DNA of 64,000 nt, taken from contig JBPRGF010000003.1 in assembly GCA_051418015.1 (NCBI GenBank), forward strand, positions 96,001 to 160,000. Direction: 5' to 3'. Of the stretch, positions 11,864-21,101 are shown piece by piece. The position numbers and the translations under genes are program-made. Position 1 is the first letter of the stretch. Every line of letters begins with the position of its first letter. The notes below the pieces were generated by a model. The model was not told the DNA's origin. It saw only the letters and a list, made by a program, of their open reading frames with translations, and did not search any database. This DNA comes from Candidatus Nitrospinota bacterium M3_3B_026. Lineage in GTDB: Bacteria; Nitrospinota_A; UBA7883; JBPRGF01.

Positions 11864-12592
11864 ATGACGCAAAGAAAAGACGGCCGGGCCGCCGGCCAGC
11901 TTCGCCCGGTCCAGATAGAGACGGGAGTGATATCCCACGCCGAGGGCTCCGCGGTCATCAGGATGGGGAAGACCGAGGCCCTCTGCGTGGCCTCCGTGGA
12001 GGAGAGGGTGCCCCCCTTCCTGAGAGACAGCGGCCTTGGGTGGGTGACCGCCGAGTACGCCATGCTGCCCCGTTCCACGATCGACCGCACCCCAAGAGAG
12101 CGGCGCGGCGCGGGGGGCAGGACCATGGAGATACAGCGGCTCATCGGCAGGTCCCTGCGCGCCGTGACGGAGCGGGCCCTGCTGGGCGAGCGGACGATAA
12201 CCGTGGACTGCGACATCATCCAGGCCGACGGCGGGACGCGATGCGCCTCCATCACCGGCGCCTGCGTGGCGATGTACGAGGCGATGCGGTGGATGGTCGA
12301 GCGGGAGATGATCGCCCGCCTCCCCGCGCGGGACATCGTGGGGGCGGTCTCCGCCGGCGTGTTGGGCGGCGGGGCGCTGCTGGACCTCGACTACGAGGAG
12401 GACAGCGCGGCCGAGGTGGACATGAACGTGGTGATGACCGGATCGGGGATGTTCGTCGAGCTGCAGGGGACGGCGGAGGAAAAACCATTCAGCCGCGAGA
12501 GGATGAACACGATGCTCGACCTTGCGGGGCAGGGGCTTCAAACCCTCTTCGAAAAACAGAGGAAAGCCCTGCGGCTTCAAGGCGCGTCCTGA
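11864..12592 (+). CDS. rph: Ribonuclease PH
   Basis: GWVTAEYAMLPRST, EIQRLIGRSLR, QADGGTR and DLDYEED motifs. Confidence 0.97.
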   Translation: MTQRKDGRAAGQLRPVQIETGVISHAEGSAVIRMGKTEALCVASVEERVPPFLRDSGLGWVTAEYAMLPRSTIDRTPRERRGAGGRTMEIQRLIGRSLRAVTERALLGERTITVDCDIIQADGGTRCASITGACVAMYEAMRWMVEREMIARLPARDIVGAVSAGVLGGGALLDLDYEEDSAAEVDMNVVMTGSGMFVELQGTAEEKPFSRERMNTMLDLAGQGLQTLFEKQRKALRLQGAS

Positions 12593-12613
12593 CCCCCGCC
12601 GGCGCCATCCGGA

Positions 12614-12787
12614 TCAGCCTGCCAGGGCGTGGTATATCACGTAGAACCACGACAGGAGGCCGTGGATTATCGCCCACAGGATCGACTGGTTCTTCGACCA
12701 CGATATGGCGATGGCAAGCGCCGACCCGAAGCCGATCCCGAACCGCGCGCCCTCGGCCCGGTACACGTAGACTCTTTCGCCGTTCAT
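12614..12787 (-). CDS. Small hydrophobic membrane protein (57 aa, missing from ORF track)
   Basis: Hand translation MNGERVYVYRAEGARFGIGFGSALAIAISWSKNQSILWAIIHGLLSWFYVIYHALAG; GC3-rich codons; starts 15 nt after the DUF2892 stop. Confidence 0.7.
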   Translation of the reverse strand: MNGERVYVYRAEGARFGIGFGSALAIAISWSKNQSILWAIIHGLLSWFYVIYHALAG

Positions 12788-12802
12788 GGGTTCACCGGAG
12801 GG

Positions 12803-13012
12803 TCACGATTTCCCCGTCTCTCCCGCGCGCGTGGGGCATGTGGATATGCCAAGGAGCTGATAGGGCGGACACCAGCCGATGAAACCGGTGACCAGCGGGA
12901 TTATGCCGAGAAGCCCCCACCAGCTTTTGGGGCCCACGAAGACGAGGGAAAGGATGGCAAGACCCAGAACGACCCTGACAACTTTTTCGATGGGGTGGAC
13001 ATTCGTTTTCAT
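12803..13012 (-). CDS. DUF2892 (YgaP-like) membrane protein
   Basis: NVHPIEKVVRVVLG...GWCPPYQLLGISTC; GGGAGG ribosome-binding site. Confidence 0.85.
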   Translation of the reverse strand: MKTNVHPIEKVVRVVLGLAILSLVFVGPKSWWGLLGIIPLVTGFIGWCPPYQLLGISTCPTRAGETGKS

Positions 13013-13144
13013 CGTTCGCTCCTCCCTTACAAGATGATGTATCCCCCCCTTTCCACAACGTAATGCTACCAGATTAGAGGCGATCCGGCCGCGACGGATT
13101 CAGCGCGCCGGGAAAAAGCACCCTTGACCCACCGCGAATTAGAG

Positions 13145-13227
13145 CCCTCCCCCTTGACGGGGGAGGGCCGGGTGGGGGTGTTCTGTTATTCACCCTCCCC
13201 TGCATCCCCTCCCGTCAAGGGAGGGGA
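13145..13227. repeat. REP-like doublet, family A (CCCTCCC-GTCAA-GGGAGGG hairpin)
   Basis: Two inverted units, very similar to those flanking the DUF559 gene. Confidence 0.8.
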
Positions 13228-13238
13228 TGATGGAAGAC

Positions 13239-13314
13239 GTCATCGCGAGGGAGCCCGCGGCGATCCCGCCTTTTGCCGAGATTGCCGCGTCGGCTTGCGC
13301 CTCCTCGCAATGAC
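13239..13314. repeat. GTCATYGCGAG...CTCGCAATGAC palindromic repeat (family B)
   Basis: GTCATCGCGAGG...CGATCCC...GAGATTGCCGCG...CTCCTCGCAATGAC inverted arms; another arm starts at about 13330. Confidence 0.7.
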
Positions 13315-13487
13315 AACCTGCGCGCCCTCGTCATTGCGGGCTCGCCCCTCAAAAGCCCTCCCGCCGGGGAAGGATGGCGCCCGAATGAGCGTCCCGCGTG
13401 CGGAGCGGTTAATGTGTGGCGGGATCGGTGGATTCGGAGTAAAATTATGCAAGGGGTTTTTTATTTTCAAGACTAGGGGATTTTACT

Positions 13488-15599
13488 TTGCTCAGGTGGT
13501 ATGAGCGGCTGACCGCCAAGATCATCGGCATCGGGCTCGTGTTCTTCATTCTGCTGGCCCTCTCCCTGGCCTGGCAGTACAAGAACCTGAAGGCTTATTT
13601 TACAGCTAGTTACAAAAAAGAAGCCGCCATGATCGCCGACAGCATCAACACCTCCATACAGACCCTCATGCTCAACTTCGATCTTGGCGGCGACGGGACC
13701 CTTGTCATGCGTTTCATCGAGGAGATAAACAAGGCCAGGGGCGGCGCCGTGGTGCGCCTTGTCCACAGCGACGCCGTCAACGCCGAGTACGGCGTGCAGG
13801 AGGACGAGCTGCCGGAAAACGAGCGGGAGGTGGCGGTCCTGGCCGACGGGCGGCCCAGGTCTTTCGAGGACGCGGGATATTTCAACTACATCATGCCCAT
13901 CAAGGCCATCGAGGGGTGCGAAAGGTGCCACTTTCTGCCGGACGAGTCCGGCGAGCCCGTGCCGATCGGCTACACCCTCGGCCTGGCGGTGGTGAAGATT
14001 CCAACCGCCCTGATGAAAGAGCAGCTCAACACGCTGCTCTACGAGTCGGTGAAATCGATGGGGGTGATAGGCTCCCTTCTGCTCGTGCTGGGTTTTTTCT
14101 CCCACCGCTATATAGCCTCTCCCCTGAACAGGATGCTTCGGGTGATCCAGGAAGTGACCCGCGGCGAGCTCGGCGAGAGGGTGGAGGACGTCAACCAGCG
14201 CGACGAGATCGGGACGCTGGCGGCCAACTTCAACATCATGGCCGACCAGATGGAGCGCTCGTTCAACAGGCTTGAGAACTGGAACGTGGACCTGGCGCGG
14301 GAGGTGAGCCGCCAGACCGACGAGATCCGCGCCATGCGGGATCATTACCAGTCGATAATAGACTCCACCCAGCGCGTGATCTACACCACCGGCCGCGACC
14401 TGGTCATAGACTCCGTAAACTCCGAGTGGGACGACATCGCCGAAAAGTACGGCCTGAAGCTGAAAAGAGAAGACCTGATAGGCGCCAACCTGCTCGACTT
14501 TTTCTCCGGCGAGGAGAAGGAACGCTACCGGAGGATATGTGAGTCCATTCTGAACCGGGGCGACTATGAGCTGGGCGACATATACAGGACCGAGTTCGAC
14601 ATAGAAGTCAGCGGCGAGCGGAAGTATTTCGGGCTGACCATATCGCCGCTGCGGGGCCAGGGCGGCGCTCTGGAGGGGCTGGTGTTCGTGGCCTACGACA
14701 TATCCCAGCGCAAGATCGCCGAGGAGATGCTCCGCGTGGAGAAAAAGAAGCTGGACGCCATCATGGACGGCATGGGCGCGGCGGTGAACATGATCGACGA
14801 GAACTTCCGGATCATATACATGAACAGGATCATGGAGGACACCTTCGGCGCCGCGGCGCTGGGCAGGCGCTGCCACGAGGTCATCGCCGGCAGGCGCGAG
14901 AAGTGCCCCGGCTGCCAGGCCATGAACGCCGAGGGGACGACCAACACCGAGGTGAGATCGGTCAACGGCAGGACGTACCTTTCCACCATCTCGCCGATAA
15001 TAAACCTGGACAACACCCGCTCGGCCATCGAGGTGCACAAGGACATAACCTACCTGAAAGAGATGGAGGGCAAGCTCCGCAAGCTCACCATCACCGACAA
15101 CCTCACGGGGCTGTACAACAAGCGCTACTTCATGGACAAGCTGGCCGACGAGATGATCCGCGCCCAGAGGCAGAAGACCAGGCTGACATTGCTTTTCGCG
15201 GACATCGACGGGTTCAAAAGCTACAACGATGTCTATGGCCACATCGAGGGAGACCTGTGCCTGGCGAGCCTCGGCAAGATCATACGGGACTCCATCCGCG
15301 CCCACGTGGACAGGGGCTTCCGGTACGGCGGGGAGGAGTTCACCATGATCCTGCCCGGCGCGGACGAGGAGCTGGGGGTCCAGATCGCCGAAAGGATCAG
15401 GCGGTCTTTCGCCGCGACCAAGTTCACCCCCAGCCTCGACGGGGAGAAGGTGGAGGTCTACAAAACCCTGAGCGTCGGCGTGGCCGTGTACGACGGCGAG
15501 GAGGAGGACCCGGACGGCCTGATCGAAAAGGCCGACTACGCCATGTACCGCGCCAAGCGGGAGGGAGGCGACAAGGTGGTCGCCGCCAGCGCCGCCTGA
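13488..15599 (+). CDS. Membrane diguanylate cyclase: periplasmic CxxCH sensor, HAMP, two PAS, GGEEF
   Basis: Two TM helices, CERCH, RDEIGTLAANFN (HAMP), DNLTGLYN, DIDGFK and RYGGEEF motifs. Confidence 0.92.
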   Translation: MLRWYERLTAKIIGIGLVFFILLALSLAWQYKNLKAYFTASYKKEAAMIADSINTSIQTLMLNFDLGGDGTLVMRFIEEINKARGGAVVRLVHSDAVNAEYGVQEDELPENEREVAVLADGRPRSFEDAGYFNYIMPIKAIEGCERCHFLPDESGEPVPIGYTLGLAVVKIPTALMKEQLNTLLYESVKSMGVIGSLLLVLGFFSHRYIASPLNRMLRVIQEVTRGELGERVEDVNQRDEIGTLAANFNIMADQMERSFNRLENWNVDLAREVSRQTDEIRAMRDHYQSIIDSTQRVIYTTGRDLVIDSVNSEWDDIAEKYGLKLKREDLIGANLLDFFSGEEKERYRRICESILNRGDYELGDIYRTEFDIEVSGERKYFGLTISPLRGQGGALEGLVFVAYDISQRKIAEEMLRVEKKKLDAIMDGMGAAVNMIDENFRIIYMNRIMEDTFGAAALGRRCHEVIAGRREKCPGCQAMNAEGTTNTEVRSVNGRTYLSTISPIINLDNTRSAIEVHKDITYLKEMEGKLRKLTITDNLTGLYNKRYFMDKLADEMIRAQRQKTRLTLLFADIDGFKSYNDVYGHIEGDLCLASLGKIIRDSIRAHVDRGFRYGGEEFTMILPGADEELGVQIAERIRRSFAATKFTPSLDGEKVEVYKTLSVGVAVYDGEEEDPDGLIEKADYAMYRAKREGGDKVVAASAA

Positions 15600-15626
15600 G
15601 ACGAAAACGCGGGCGGCGGGGAGCCC

Positions 15627-16211
15627 TCAGGCTCCTTTCGTGATCGCTCTCGCGGCTTTCGCCGCCTTCAGAAAAGCTCTCTGAGGCGCCGTGGCGGCTA
15701 TCCGGAAGACCCTCGCGGACAGGCCCTCCTCGAGGCTCCGGCGCCTTGCGTAGACGGGGACGGCTCCGCCCTCCAGCGCCATGAGAGCCCCCGTCAGGAC
15801 GCCGTCGTCCACAACGGCGATACGGTCCGCGGGGACGCCGCTGTGCAGGGAGGCGATTTTCAGCCCCTCCGGGTCGGGCTTGCGCCGGGCGTTTATGTAT
15901 ATGGCCTCCGGGAAAGTCTTTCTGTAAGAGCGCTCCCTGGCCCTTTTCCTGCTCCTTGTGTTGGAAAGGACAAAAACCCTCCCCGGACCGAAGACCTCCA
16001 GCGCCTCGCGGACGAGCCTTCGTCCAGTCTCGTCCGGCCCGAAGCTCAGGGAAGGGCCGAGGACTCCGTCATGATCGAATACCACCGCCTCCACCCCGCG
16101 TTTTTTCAGCTCCCCGGCGTCTATATCCTCGACGTCGGGCGCCTCCGCGACAAGACGGTCCAGCCGCCGGCCGTGCCGCAGGGCCAGCGCCACGATCTGG
16201 AAAACGTTCAT
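15627..16211 (-). CDS. YqeG-like HAD-superfamily phosphatase
   Basis: FDHDGVL, VLSN, RKPDP and VVDD motifs. Confidence 0.75.
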   Translation of the reverse strand: MNVFQIVALALRHGRRLDRLVAEAPDVEDIDAGELKKRGVEAVVFDHDGVLGPSLSFGPDETGRRLVREALEVFGPGRVFVLSNTRSRKRARERSYRKTFPEAIYINARRKPDPEGLKIASLHSGVPADRIAVVDDGVLTGALMALEGGAVPVYARRRSLEEGLSARVFRIAATAPQRAFLKAAKAARAITKGA

Positions 16212-16321
16212 AAAAAATCCCGATATGGCACGACAGAAGATATTGATTATAACCCGCGGAGCCCGCCGGATCGAGGGCCGGGGCCTCCACGCGCGTCCGA
16301 TAACGTTTTGTATCAGGACGC

Positions 16322-16342
16322 GGTGTCCTGAATCAGGACACC
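16322..16342. promoter_or_regulatory. Perfect 10-bp inverted repeat, candidate enhancer/operator
   Basis: GGTGTCCTGA-A-TCAGGACACC in the divergent intergenic region. Confidence 0.5.
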
Positions 16343-16414
16343 CCCGCCGGATGGGCGCGCTCCGGCGCGAAATATATCGCCTGAAAAATCAATGGTCTGC
16401 GACATAGCCGCGAT

Positions 16415-16430
16415 TGGCGCCTGTTTTGCT
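16415..16430 (+). promoter_or_regulatory. Sigma54 -24/-12 promoter
   Basis: TGGC-GCCTGTT-TTGCT with exact canonical spacing, upstream of the fdnI-like gene. Confidence 0.6.
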
Positions 16431-16477
16431 TCCCCATTGAGGCCATGCGGAGGAGGACAAACGGGAACAGGTGGTCC

Positions 16478-17233
16478 ATGAGGAAAACTGTCATACGATT
16501 CAACAGGTCCGAGCGGTGGTTTCACAACATCGTGATGTTCACGTTCCTGTTCCTGCTCATCACGGGTCTGGCGATGCTCTATTACAACCTCAAGGGCGAT
16601 CAGGGCTCCTCGCGCCAGTTCCTGGTCTTCACGCACAAGATAGCCAGCGTGATATTCATCGGCGGGCCGATCCTGGCTCTGCTGTTCGGCTGCAGGCGAA
16701 CATGGATCGAGAACATCAAGGTCATCACCTCCTTCAGCCGGGACGACATCCGGTGGCTGACGCTCAAGCCCCTGGCGGCCTTCTCGAAAAAGATAAAACT
16801 TCCCCGGGACGACAAGTTCAACCCCGGCCAGAAGGTCTGGATATACATAGCCGTCTCCGGCAGCGCCGTTCTCGCCGTCACGGGCGTCATCATGTGGGTG
16901 ACCGGCTCGCCGATCCTGGCCCTGGCGATCCACACGGTGGTGGCTGTCCTGATGATAATACCCCTCGGGGGCCATATATACATGGCGACTCTGAACCCCG
17001 AGACCCGGCCGGGCTTCGGCTCCATAGTGGACGGGGAGGTCAATGCGGAGTGGGCCATGGAGCATCACCCGATCTGGATGGAGAGGACGGCCAAGCAGAG
17101 GGTGAAAGAAAAGTTGCAAAGAGAGGTTTCCGCCAGGCGGAAAATGTATTATAATAAAACAAAGAGTGAGAAGCCTGAAAGCTACGATCTTGGAGGTATA
17201 ATAAAGCTACCAACAAAGCCCGAAACAGCATAG
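16478..17233 (+). CDS. Formate dehydrogenase gamma-like cytochrome b subunit (orphan)
   Basis: RFNRSERWFH, KFNPGQK, HIYMA and WAMEHHPIW motifs; four heme His. Confidence 0.85.
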   Translation: MRKTVIRFNRSERWFHNIVMFTFLFLLITGLAMLYYNLKGDQGSSRQFLVFTHKIASVIFIGGPILALLFGCRRTWIENIKVITSFSRDDIRWLTLKPLAAFSKKIKLPRDDKFNPGQKVWIYIAVSGSAVLAVTGVIMWVTGSPILALAIHTVVAVLMIIPLGGHIYMATLNPETRPGFGSIVDGEVNAEWAMEHHPIWMERTAKQRVKEKLQREVSARRKMYYNKTKSEKPESYDLGGIIKLPTKPETA

Positions 17234-17406
17234 AATAAAAGTTTAAAAGCCGGGAATTGGACGCTCATTCTCACTCTCCTCATGCCCCAAGGTCCAATTC
17301 CCGGTTTTCTTTTTTTGGGCGGTCCCCCCCAACAAGGCAGTCTCCTTATCCCGTTCATGGCCCCACATTGCGGGATCGCGTCCGGCATGGCCCCGCGGGG
17401 GTCTTT

Positions 17407-17853
17407 TCAGCCCGCGTCCACTTTTATCGTTCTGCTCCGGCCGGACCGGTCCTTTTTGGGTATGATGACGGTGAGCACGCCGTCGCGCAGGCTTGCGGAG
17501 GCCTCGTTTTCCTTTACCGGGCCGGGCAGGACGAAGCTTCTCATGAAGCGGCCGTAGCCCCGCTCCACCATGATGTAGCTTTCCCGGCTCGTCTCCCTGT
17601 CCCGTTTGCGTTCGCCGACCAGAAGGACGGAGCGGTCGTTTATCTCCATGAAGACGTTTTCGAGGCTGACGCCGGGGACTTCTATTTTCAGGAAGAAGCT
17701 GGCGTCATCTTCGTATATATCGCACGGAGGCATCCATGGCGGGGGTGTCTTGAGCGCCAGCCGCAAGTCCCCCAGCGCGCGCTCGAAAAGCTCGCTCATC
17801 CGCTCCTGAGCGAAGAGCAGATCCCTGCCAGCCTCCCAGCGATATATAGCCAT
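17407..17853 (-). CDS. Hsp20/alpha-crystallin small heat shock protein
   Basis: WMPPCDIYE, ERGYGRFMRSF and DGVLTVIIPK motifs. Confidence 0.93.
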   Translation of the reverse strand: MAIYRWEAGRDLLFAQERMSELFERALGDLRLALKTPPPWMPPCDIYEDDASFFLKIEVPGVSLENVFMEINDRSVLLVGERKRDRETSRESYIMVERGYGRFMRSFVLPGPVKENEASASLRDGVLTVIIPKKDRSGRSRTIKVDAG

Positions 17854-18061
17854 AACCAGAATCCCCCAGAGGCGCCTCTCCCTGGATTTTAGGCCAAAGA
17901 CACGGGAAGATCAAATCCAGAGCCCGCCGCGCCGGGAAAAGGCCGCCCCCGGGGGGCCAGCTGATGGAGCGGGGAAGCAGGATCCCTCACATCGCGGCGG
18001 GAACGGCGCTCGTTCAGGACGGCGGTGGCGGGCGCGCCGGTTGGCTGGCGGCCCCTTGCGC

Positions 18062-18847
18062 TCATTCCATGAAAAGCCAGCGTTTGAGCTGCTGGCGGGG
18101 GGTGAAGAACCTCGGAGCAGCCATCCCCGTGAAGACCGCCGCCGCGATGGTCACCGACGAGGCGACCATCAGCATGATTATCATCTGGTACTTCGCCGCC
18201 ACCATCGGCGGCGCGCCGCCGAGCATCTGCCCCACCATTATCCCCGGCAGGTGGACAAGCCCCACGGTCATCATGGTGTTGATCGTTGGGATCAGCGCCG
18301 CGCGGATCGCCTCCCTCCGGGCCTCGGCCGCGGCTTTTTTCAGGCTCCAGCCCAGCATGAGAAGGGTCTCGATCTCATCCTGCCGCGCCTTCATCTCCGC
18401 GTAGAGCCTGTCGGCGGCCAGCGCCCCGCCGTTCATGGCGTTGCCCAGGATCATCCCCCCGAGCGGCAGCAGTATCTCCGGCCGGTACCATGGCTGGGCC
18501 TTCAGCACCGCGCCGGTGACCACGGCGGTGGTGAAAAGCGACCCGGCCACCACGCCCGTCCACATCGGGACGTAAAGACCCGGAACCGGCCGCCGCATCC
18601 GGGAAAGCCCCGCCCGCGCCGCGTAGGTCATCATCAAAAAAAGCGCCCCCACAACCACGTACCAGAGGTTGATGTCGAATATGAGCCTGATGACGTACCC
18701 GATGAAAAAGAGCTGGACGACCGTCCTGATCGTGGCGATGGTCAGCGCCCGCTCCACGCCGAGCCCCTCGCGGATGGAGAGGGCCACCACCACGGCGTAA
18801 AGCGCCAGCGTCATGGCAAGATCCGCCGGGCCGGGGTCTATTATCAT
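18062..18847 (-). CDS. fetB: ABC permease, UPF0014/FetB family
   Basis: RTVVQL, PLGGMILGNAM and GLVHLPGIMVGQMLGG..P..AAKYQ motifs. Confidence 0.85.
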   Translation of the reverse strand: MIIDPGPADLAMTLALYAVVVALSIREGLGVERALTIATIRTVVQLFFIGYVIRLIFDINLWYVVVGALFLMMTYAARAGLSRMRRPVPGLYVPMWTGVVAGSLFTTAVVTGAVLKAQPWYRPEILLPLGGMILGNAMNGGALAADRLYAEMKARQDEIETLLMLGWSLKKAAAEARREAIRAALIPTINTMMTVGLVHLPGIMVGQMLGGAPPMVAAKYQMIIMLMVASSVTIAAAVFTGMAAPRFFTPRQQLKRWLFME

Positions 18848-19494
18848 CCCGCCGCCTCCCCAAGGGTCAGGGTCCTGGACCCGGTGTCCTTCAAAACCTC
18901 GATGTCGTGGCTGACCCAGACGGCGGTCAGCCCGGTCTCCTTTATGAGCGTCTCCATCACGCCGATGAACATCCCGGCAGACTCGGCGTCCAGCCCGGAG
19001 GTCGGCTCGTCGAGCAGGATCACGTCCGGGTTCATCACGAGGTTCCTGATGACGGAGGCCCTTTGCTTCTGGCCCACGGAAAGGGACCTGGCCTCCTGAC
19101 CCAGAAGCTCCCGCCCCAGCCCCAGCCGGTCCATCCATTCGAAAAAAAAGTCGTCGCCGGGCTTTTTCTCAAGCCCCAGCGCCATGTTCTCCCGGACGGT
19201 CCCGTCCAGCATCACCGGCGTCTGCCCGACAAGCGAGACCCGCCTCCTGAGGCCGGGAGGGGAGTAGCTCTCATAAGGCTTGCCGTCGAAATACATCGTC
19301 CCGCCATCCGGCTCCTCAAGCCAGGCGATAAGACGCAGCAGGGTCGACTTGCCCGACCCGGACCTGCCTTTCACGATGAGTTTTTCACCCCTTTCAACGC
19401 GGAGGGAAAAATCCTCCAGGATGCGCCTGCCCGCCAGCCCGCCGGGGCCGCGATACCGGAAGGAAACATGGTCGAGCTTTATTATCTCGGGCAT
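18844..19494 (-). CDS. fetA: ABC ATP-binding protein, FetA-like
   Basis: GRSGSGKST, LSVGQKQR, LLDEPTSGLD and SHD motifs. Confidence 0.85.
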   Translation of the reverse strand: MPEIIKLDHVSFRYRGPGGLAGRRILEDFSLRVERGEKLIVKGRSGSGKSTLLRLIAWLEEPDGGTMYFDGKPYESYSPPGLRRRVSLVGQTPVMLDGTVRENMALGLEKKPGDDFFFEWMDRLGLGRELLGQEARSLSVGQKQRASVIRNLVMNPDVILLDEPTSGLDAESAGMFIGVMETLIKETGLTAVWVSHDIEVLKDTGSRTLTLGEAAG

Positions 19495-19679
19495 TTTAAA
19501 GGTCAAGAAAAAGTCTCGGTAAAACGATCTATTATGGTATAAGCCGAAAAGGATGAAATCAAAAAAGCGTTGAAATTTTGACGTTGACTTTTATATGTCA
19601 ATTAGCATAAATTGTAATATAATTTGGTTGAATTCAGGTTATATCAACCTGTTCGGGCTCACGCTGTAAGGATCAAGGC

Positions 19680-20534
19680 ATGACCCTGAGAGAAGCATAC
19701 GAGTTGCTGGACGTAGACAAGAACGCTTCCCTTGAGCAGGTCAAAAAGTCATACCGCCGCGCCGCAAGGCTCTATCACCCCGACTCGAGCTTCGACCTGG
19801 CCGACACCGGCAAGTTCCACGAAGTCGTGACGGCCTACAACACCATACTGGACGACAGGAAAAAAAGGTCGAACGGGCGCGGCGTCCGCCCAGGCTCCGG
19901 GGCGAACGGAAACGGCGCGCGGCGTCCCTCCTCCCGGGGGAACGGGTGGCCGGGCTTTTCCGGCGCCAACGGCGCGCGGCGGACGGGCTGGCGCGGAAAT
20001 GGGAACGGCGCCTTTTCCGCGGGCTCCGGCATGTTGACCTATGACGAGCTTCTGATAAGGTTCGACAAATCCCCGAACGTGTGGGTGAGGATAGAGACCG
20101 CCCACACCATATACAGCCGGTTCAGGGAGAGGTTCGAGGATTTCGCGGCGCGCAGGCTTGGCGGGGCGCCATGGAAGGTTCAGGCCGAGCTTGTGACGCT
20201 CCTTGGAAAGACGGGGACGCCGAAGGCGCTCGAGATCGTGGCGGACCACCTGATGTCACGGAACGTCGGCGTGCTGCTTTCGGCCTACCTCGCCCTCGAG
20301 GAGGCCGGGGAAACGGGCCTGGCCGTGATCGACAGGAAAATCGGCGCGCCGTCGGCCGTTTCGTACCATATCTTCAAGCTCTTCTCCCGCGACAGCGTGG
20401 AGAGAATGGCGGTGAAGGACGGGCTCGTGCCGCCGGACAGGATGCGCCGCCTGGCCGCCGTCTCCCGCAAGAGCGGCGTCCCCCTGCGCGATATCCTGGA
20501 GGGGCTGGGAATACCATTGGCCCAGCCAGCCTGA
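19680..20534 (+). CDS. J-domain protein with HEAT-like C-terminal region
   Basis: AYELLDV...KKSYRRAARLYHPD; Gly/Asn-rich linker. Confidence 0.8.
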   Translation: MTLREAYELLDVDKNASLEQVKKSYRRAARLYHPDSSFDLADTGKFHEVVTAYNTILDDRKKRSNGRGVRPGSGANGNGARRPSSRGNGWPGFSGANGARRTGWRGNGNGAFSAGSGMLTYDELLIRFDKSPNVWVRIETAHTIYSRFRERFEDFAARRLGGAPWKVQAELVTLLGKTGTPKALEIVADHLMSRNVGVLLSAYLALEEAGETGLAVIDRKIGAPSAVSYHIFKLFSRDSVERMAVKDGLVPPDRMRRLAAVSRKSGVPLRDILEGLGIPLAQPA

Positions 20535-20593
20535 AAAAACCTTTTCACCCTCTTGCGCGAAACGGCCCCCATCCAGCTTCGAAAGAGAACTTC

Positions 20594-21076
20594 ATGAGCG
20601 AAGAAAAGCCCGACCTGCCAAAGATAGAGATGCTCGAGTCCGCCCCGCATTTCTCCTATCTCACCTTCGAGGACAAAAGCGAGCTGGTGGAAAGCATGAC
20701 CGTCGAGGAGTTTCTTCCCGGCGACGTCCTGATCCACGAGGGGGAGGGGCTTGTCGCCGTCCTCTTCCTGTTCGAAGGCTCCGTGGAGGTCATGAAAACC
20801 AGCGCGGAGGGGGAGAGGGTGCGGCTGGCCACCCTGGGCAGGGGGGAGATCATCGGCGAATCGGCGATCTACCCCGAGACAGAGAACGCCTCCGTCCTCA
20901 TCCGCGCCCTGGAGAAGACAAAGGCGCTTTCACTGCCCGGCGAAAACTTCAGGAGGATCGCCTCGAAAAACCCCCGGCTCGCCTTCCGGCTGATGTTCGA
21001 CATGATGAAGCTGCTGCGGCGCAGGCTCACTGACGTCTCTAACAGGCTCGCTGACATAATGGCGGGCGGGCGATGA
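20594..21076 (+). CDS. Stand-alone cyclic-nucleotide-binding domain protein
   Basis: LIHEGE, EGSVEV and GEIIGESA motifs; no HTH. Confidence 0.8.
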   Translation: MSEEKPDLPKIEMLESAPHFSYLTFEDKSELVESMTVEEFLPGDVLIHEGEGLVAVLFLFEGSVEVMKTSAEGERVRLATLGRGEIIGESAIYPETENASVLIRALEKTKALSLPGENFRRIASKNPRLAFRLMFDMMKLLRRRLTDVSNRLADIMAGGR

Positions 21077-21101
21077 CATCGGGAAAAGCCGCCCTTCCCG
21101 G

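Noticed and set aside
13124..13504. ORFs of 126, 76 and 67 aa before the diguanylate cyclase
   Set aside because: They are translations of stacked palindromic repeats (PSPLTGEGRVG-type) with no protein motifs.
13473..15305. Long antisense or alternative-frame ORFs (also 8331-9803, 43096-44601, 48817-49932, 49575-50909, 61099-62475)
   Set aside because: They are shadows of high-GC genes that fully overlap well-supported CDSs and show no recognisable motifs.
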